Below are positions 62,030 to 64,000 of a stretch of 64,000 nt of DNA, one piece after another. Each line of letters opens with the position of its first letter. The first letter of the stretch is position 1. Both the position numbers and the translations under genes were made by a program. A model generated the notes under the pieces. The model was given only the letters and a program-made list of their open reading frames with translations, did no database searches and was not told the DNA's origin. The stretch is from an uncultured Actinomycetes bacterium. Lineage in GTDB: Bacteria > Actinomycetota > Thermoleophilia > Gaiellales > JAICJC01. The stretch covers positions 1,152,334 through 1,216,333 of the forward strand of contig CAWGSU010000004.1 of assembly GCA_963825325.1 (NCBI GenBank), given 5' to 3'.

Positions 62030-63061
62030 CTATGCAGCGAGCCGCTCGGCTAGGTAGCGCAGCGCGATCGGATAGCGGTAGCCGATGTTCATGTGGGTGG
62101 CGTCGAAGAGCTCGTAGTGGACATCGGTGACGCCGATCCCGGCGAGCGCCGAACGGAACGCCTCGGCGCCCAGGTCGAGATAGAACTCGTCGCCCGTGCC
62201 GGCGTCGATGTAGATCGCCCGCATCCCGCGCAGCGCGTCTGCGTGGCCGGGCACCATCCGCACCGGGTCCCACGCGAGCCACCGCTCCCAGACGTCGGGC
62301 ATGAGCGCCGCGGTGGCGGGATCGAACGGCAGTCGCACGCTGCCGTCGGCGTCGGCCGAGTAGCAGGCGGCCATCGCGTAGGTGTTCAGCAGCATGTCGT
62401 CGCCCGCACGGGTGAACGCGAGCCGGCTGCGGAAGTCGGCCAGGAAGCGGTCGATCGACCCACCGTAGTTGTCGCGCAGGAGCCGGGCGCACGGGGCGAA
62501 GTCACGGGCGTAGCAGGCCTCGAAGAGCGCATCGCCGGCATGCGTCGCCAGCCCGCCCCACAGGTCGGGCCGCAGCATCGGCGTGATCATCGCCCCATAC
62601 CCGCCGCTCGACTTGCCGGCAATGCCGCGGTGCGCGGCCGCCGCCAGCGTCCGGTAGCGCGCGTCGACCCACGCCACCACCTCGTCGCAGAGGTACGTGT
62701 GGTAGCGGCCCGTGGCCGGCGAGTCCACGAACTGGCTGCCGCCGAGCGACGTCCAGCAGTCGACGAAGACCACAACGCACTGCGGCGTCTCGCCGTCGCA
62801 GAAGAGCTCGTCGACGCTCTCGGTGAAGAGCGGGCGCATCGGGCTGCGGTTGCGCCACATGTCGATCTGGCCCGTGAACCCCTGGATCACGTAGACGGCG
62901 GGATAGCGCCGCGCCGGGTCGTCGTCGTAGCCTGGCGGCGTGTACACCCACAGCGGCCGGTCGTGCGGATCGCCCAGAGGGTTTCCCGCCAGCACTGCGC
63001 TCGTGATGACATGCTCGTCCAGGCGGCCGCGCAGCGGCCGTCCCCACGGCGTCTCAGACAC
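62030..63061 (-). CDS. Esterase-family (enterochelin-esterase-like / esterase D-like) hydrolase
   Basis: The sequence reads YPAVYVIQGFTG... The nucleophile motif is IAGKSSGGYGA. Confidence 0.75.
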   Translation of the reverse strand: MSETPWGRPLRGRLDEHVITSAVLAGNPLGDPHDRPLWVYTPPGYDDDPARRYPAVYVIQGFTGQIDMWRNRSPMRPLFTESVDELFCDGETPQCVVVFVDCWTSLGGSQFVDSPATGRYHTYLCDEVVAWVDARYRTLAAAAHRGIAGKSSGGYGAMITPMLRPDLWGGLATHAGDALFEACYARDFAPCARLLRDNYGGSIDRFLADFRSRLAFTRAGDDMLLNTYAMAACYSADADGSVRLPFDPATAALMPDVWERWLAWDPVRMVPGHADALRGMRAIYIDAGTGDEFYLDLGAEAFRSALAGIGVTDVHYELFDATHMNIGYRYPIALRYLAERLAA

Positions 63062-63118
63062 GAATGCTGCTTCGCGGGGCGCTCACGCCCGAGACTCTAG
63101 CTGGCAGACTATGCGGCG

Positions 63119-63559
63119 ATGGACGAGTCCACGCTCGCCTCGACGGCCGACCGCGAACGCGCGGTGGCGCGCCTGGCCGACGCCCATGTCGAGGGCAGGC
63201 TGACCGTCGAGGAGCTCGACGCGCTGACCGGCGCCGCCCACACGGCCCGGACCGTCCACGACCTCGAGCGCGTCGTCGCGAACCTGCCCGCGGAGCCGGC
63301 GGCCGCCGTTGCCGAGCGCCCGCCCGCCCCGCTCGCCGCCCCGTCCGGCCCGTACACGGGCGGGCAGATCGGCGGCGCGACGGCGCTCACCGTGCTGCTC
63401 CCCGCCGGCCGTCTGATCGGGCTGATCGTGGCGCTCTCGATGTTGCGCGGCGAACGGCTGCCCGAGCGCCGCCGGCTGCTGCGCGTGTGGGCGACGGCGT
63501 GCGCGCTGGTGCTGACGATCGAGGTGCTGGCCGTCCTGATCTTCGTCGTCCACATCTAG
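63119..63559 (+). CDS. DUF1707-domain membrane protein
   Basis: The N-terminal part reads STADRERAVARLADAHVEGRLTVEELDALTGAAHTARTVHDLERVVANLP. Two C-terminal TM segments follow. Confidence 0.75.
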   Translation: MDESTLASTADRERAVARLADAHVEGRLTVEELDALTGAAHTARTVHDLERVVANLPAEPAAAVAERPPAPLAAPSGPYTGGQIGGATALTVLLPAGRLIGLIVALSMLRGERLPERRRLLRVWATACALVLTIEVLAVLIFVVHI

Positions 63560-63573
63560 GCCGGCGCGGGCAC

Positions 63574-64000
63574 GTGACGATCGCGCTGGACGGCCGTGGG
63601 TTGACCGTTGCGGACGTCGTCCGCGTCGCCCGGCACGGCGATCGGGTCGCGCTCGCCCCCGGGGTCGTCGATCACATGCGCGCATGCCGGGCGGTGGTCG
63701 ACGCCGTCGTCGCCGCGGGCACGCCTGTGTACGGCGTCACGACCGGCGTGGGCGTGCGCAAGCGCGTTCGGGTCGGCCCCGGCGAGATCGACGAGTTCAA
63801 CCGGCGCCTGATCGCCGACCACCGTGTCGCCGTCGGGCCGGACGCGCCGCGCGACGTCGTGCGCGCGACGATGGTGCGCCTCGCCAACAGCTTCGCGAGC
63901 GGGACGCCCGGCGTGCGTCCCGAGCTCGCCGAGCTCGTCGTTGCTGCGCTCAACGAGGGCCGGGAGCCGCGGGTGCGGATGCTTGGCTCGCCCGGTCAGG
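63574..64000 (+). CDS. Histidine/aromatic amino-acid ammonia-lyase family protein (5' part; runs off the right edge)
   Basis: My own translation from GTG 63574 reads VTIALDGRGLTVADVVRVARHGDRVALAP..GTPVYGVTTGVG..RLIADHRVAVGP..VRATMVRLANSFASG. There is no stop before 64000. Confidence 0.8.
   Translation, partial: MTIALDGRGLTVADVVRVARHGDRVALAPGVVDHMRACRAVVDAVVAAGTPVYGVTTGVGVRKRVRVGPGEIDEFNRRLIADHRVAVGPDAPRDVVRATMVRLANSFASGTPGVRPELAELVVAALNEGREPRVRMLGSPGQ

Overview
This is a 64 kb, very GC-rich (about 70%) and gene-dense chromosomal window. I call about 65 CDS and 2 tRNA-Ser genes. I saw no rRNA, CRISPR array, transposase or integrase. The protein families and codon bias look like a high-GC Actinobacteria-type genome, but the taxon cannot be proven from this window.

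The left 13 kb is the most interesting part. It holds a single-strand, heavily translationally coupled locus for a Tat-less, group-1h-like (high-affinity, O2-tolerant type) [NiFe]-hydrogenase. Its gene order is hypC, a hypC-like paralogue, hypD, hypE, small subunit, large subunit, a NifU/Cys-rich protein, four consecutive uncharacterised genes, the endopeptidase, hypA, hypB and a tandem-SIS protein.

A divergent Crp/Fnr-like regulator flanks this locus on the left. Its promoter region carries two unusual GTAA-N6-TTAC palindromes. A convergent NiCoT nickel permease / Fur-like / cation-proton antiporter operon flanks it on the right, and a third copy of the same motif sits upstream of that operon.

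The rest of the window encodes:
- secreted beta-propeller proteins, with a perfect canonical CRP box between two of them
- an orphan AAA ATPase, a chemoreceptor and a large patatin-like lipase
- a 2.1 kb low-coding islet next to tRNA-Ser(CGA) with a dense repeat and palindrome array
- acyl-CoA metabolism genes
- a TetR-controlled polyamine-type ABC importer / Rieske oxygenase / amine oxidase cluster
- a LysR-phosphoribulokinase-like divergent pair
- a frameshifted hydrolase
- a surface-protein / glycosyltransferase / HD-GYP module

Many very long ORFs in the track are antisense or alternative-frame shadows typical of high GC and are not called. All family assignments come from motif recognition by eye. 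No database search was run. Coordinates of small motifs may be off by 1-2 nt.
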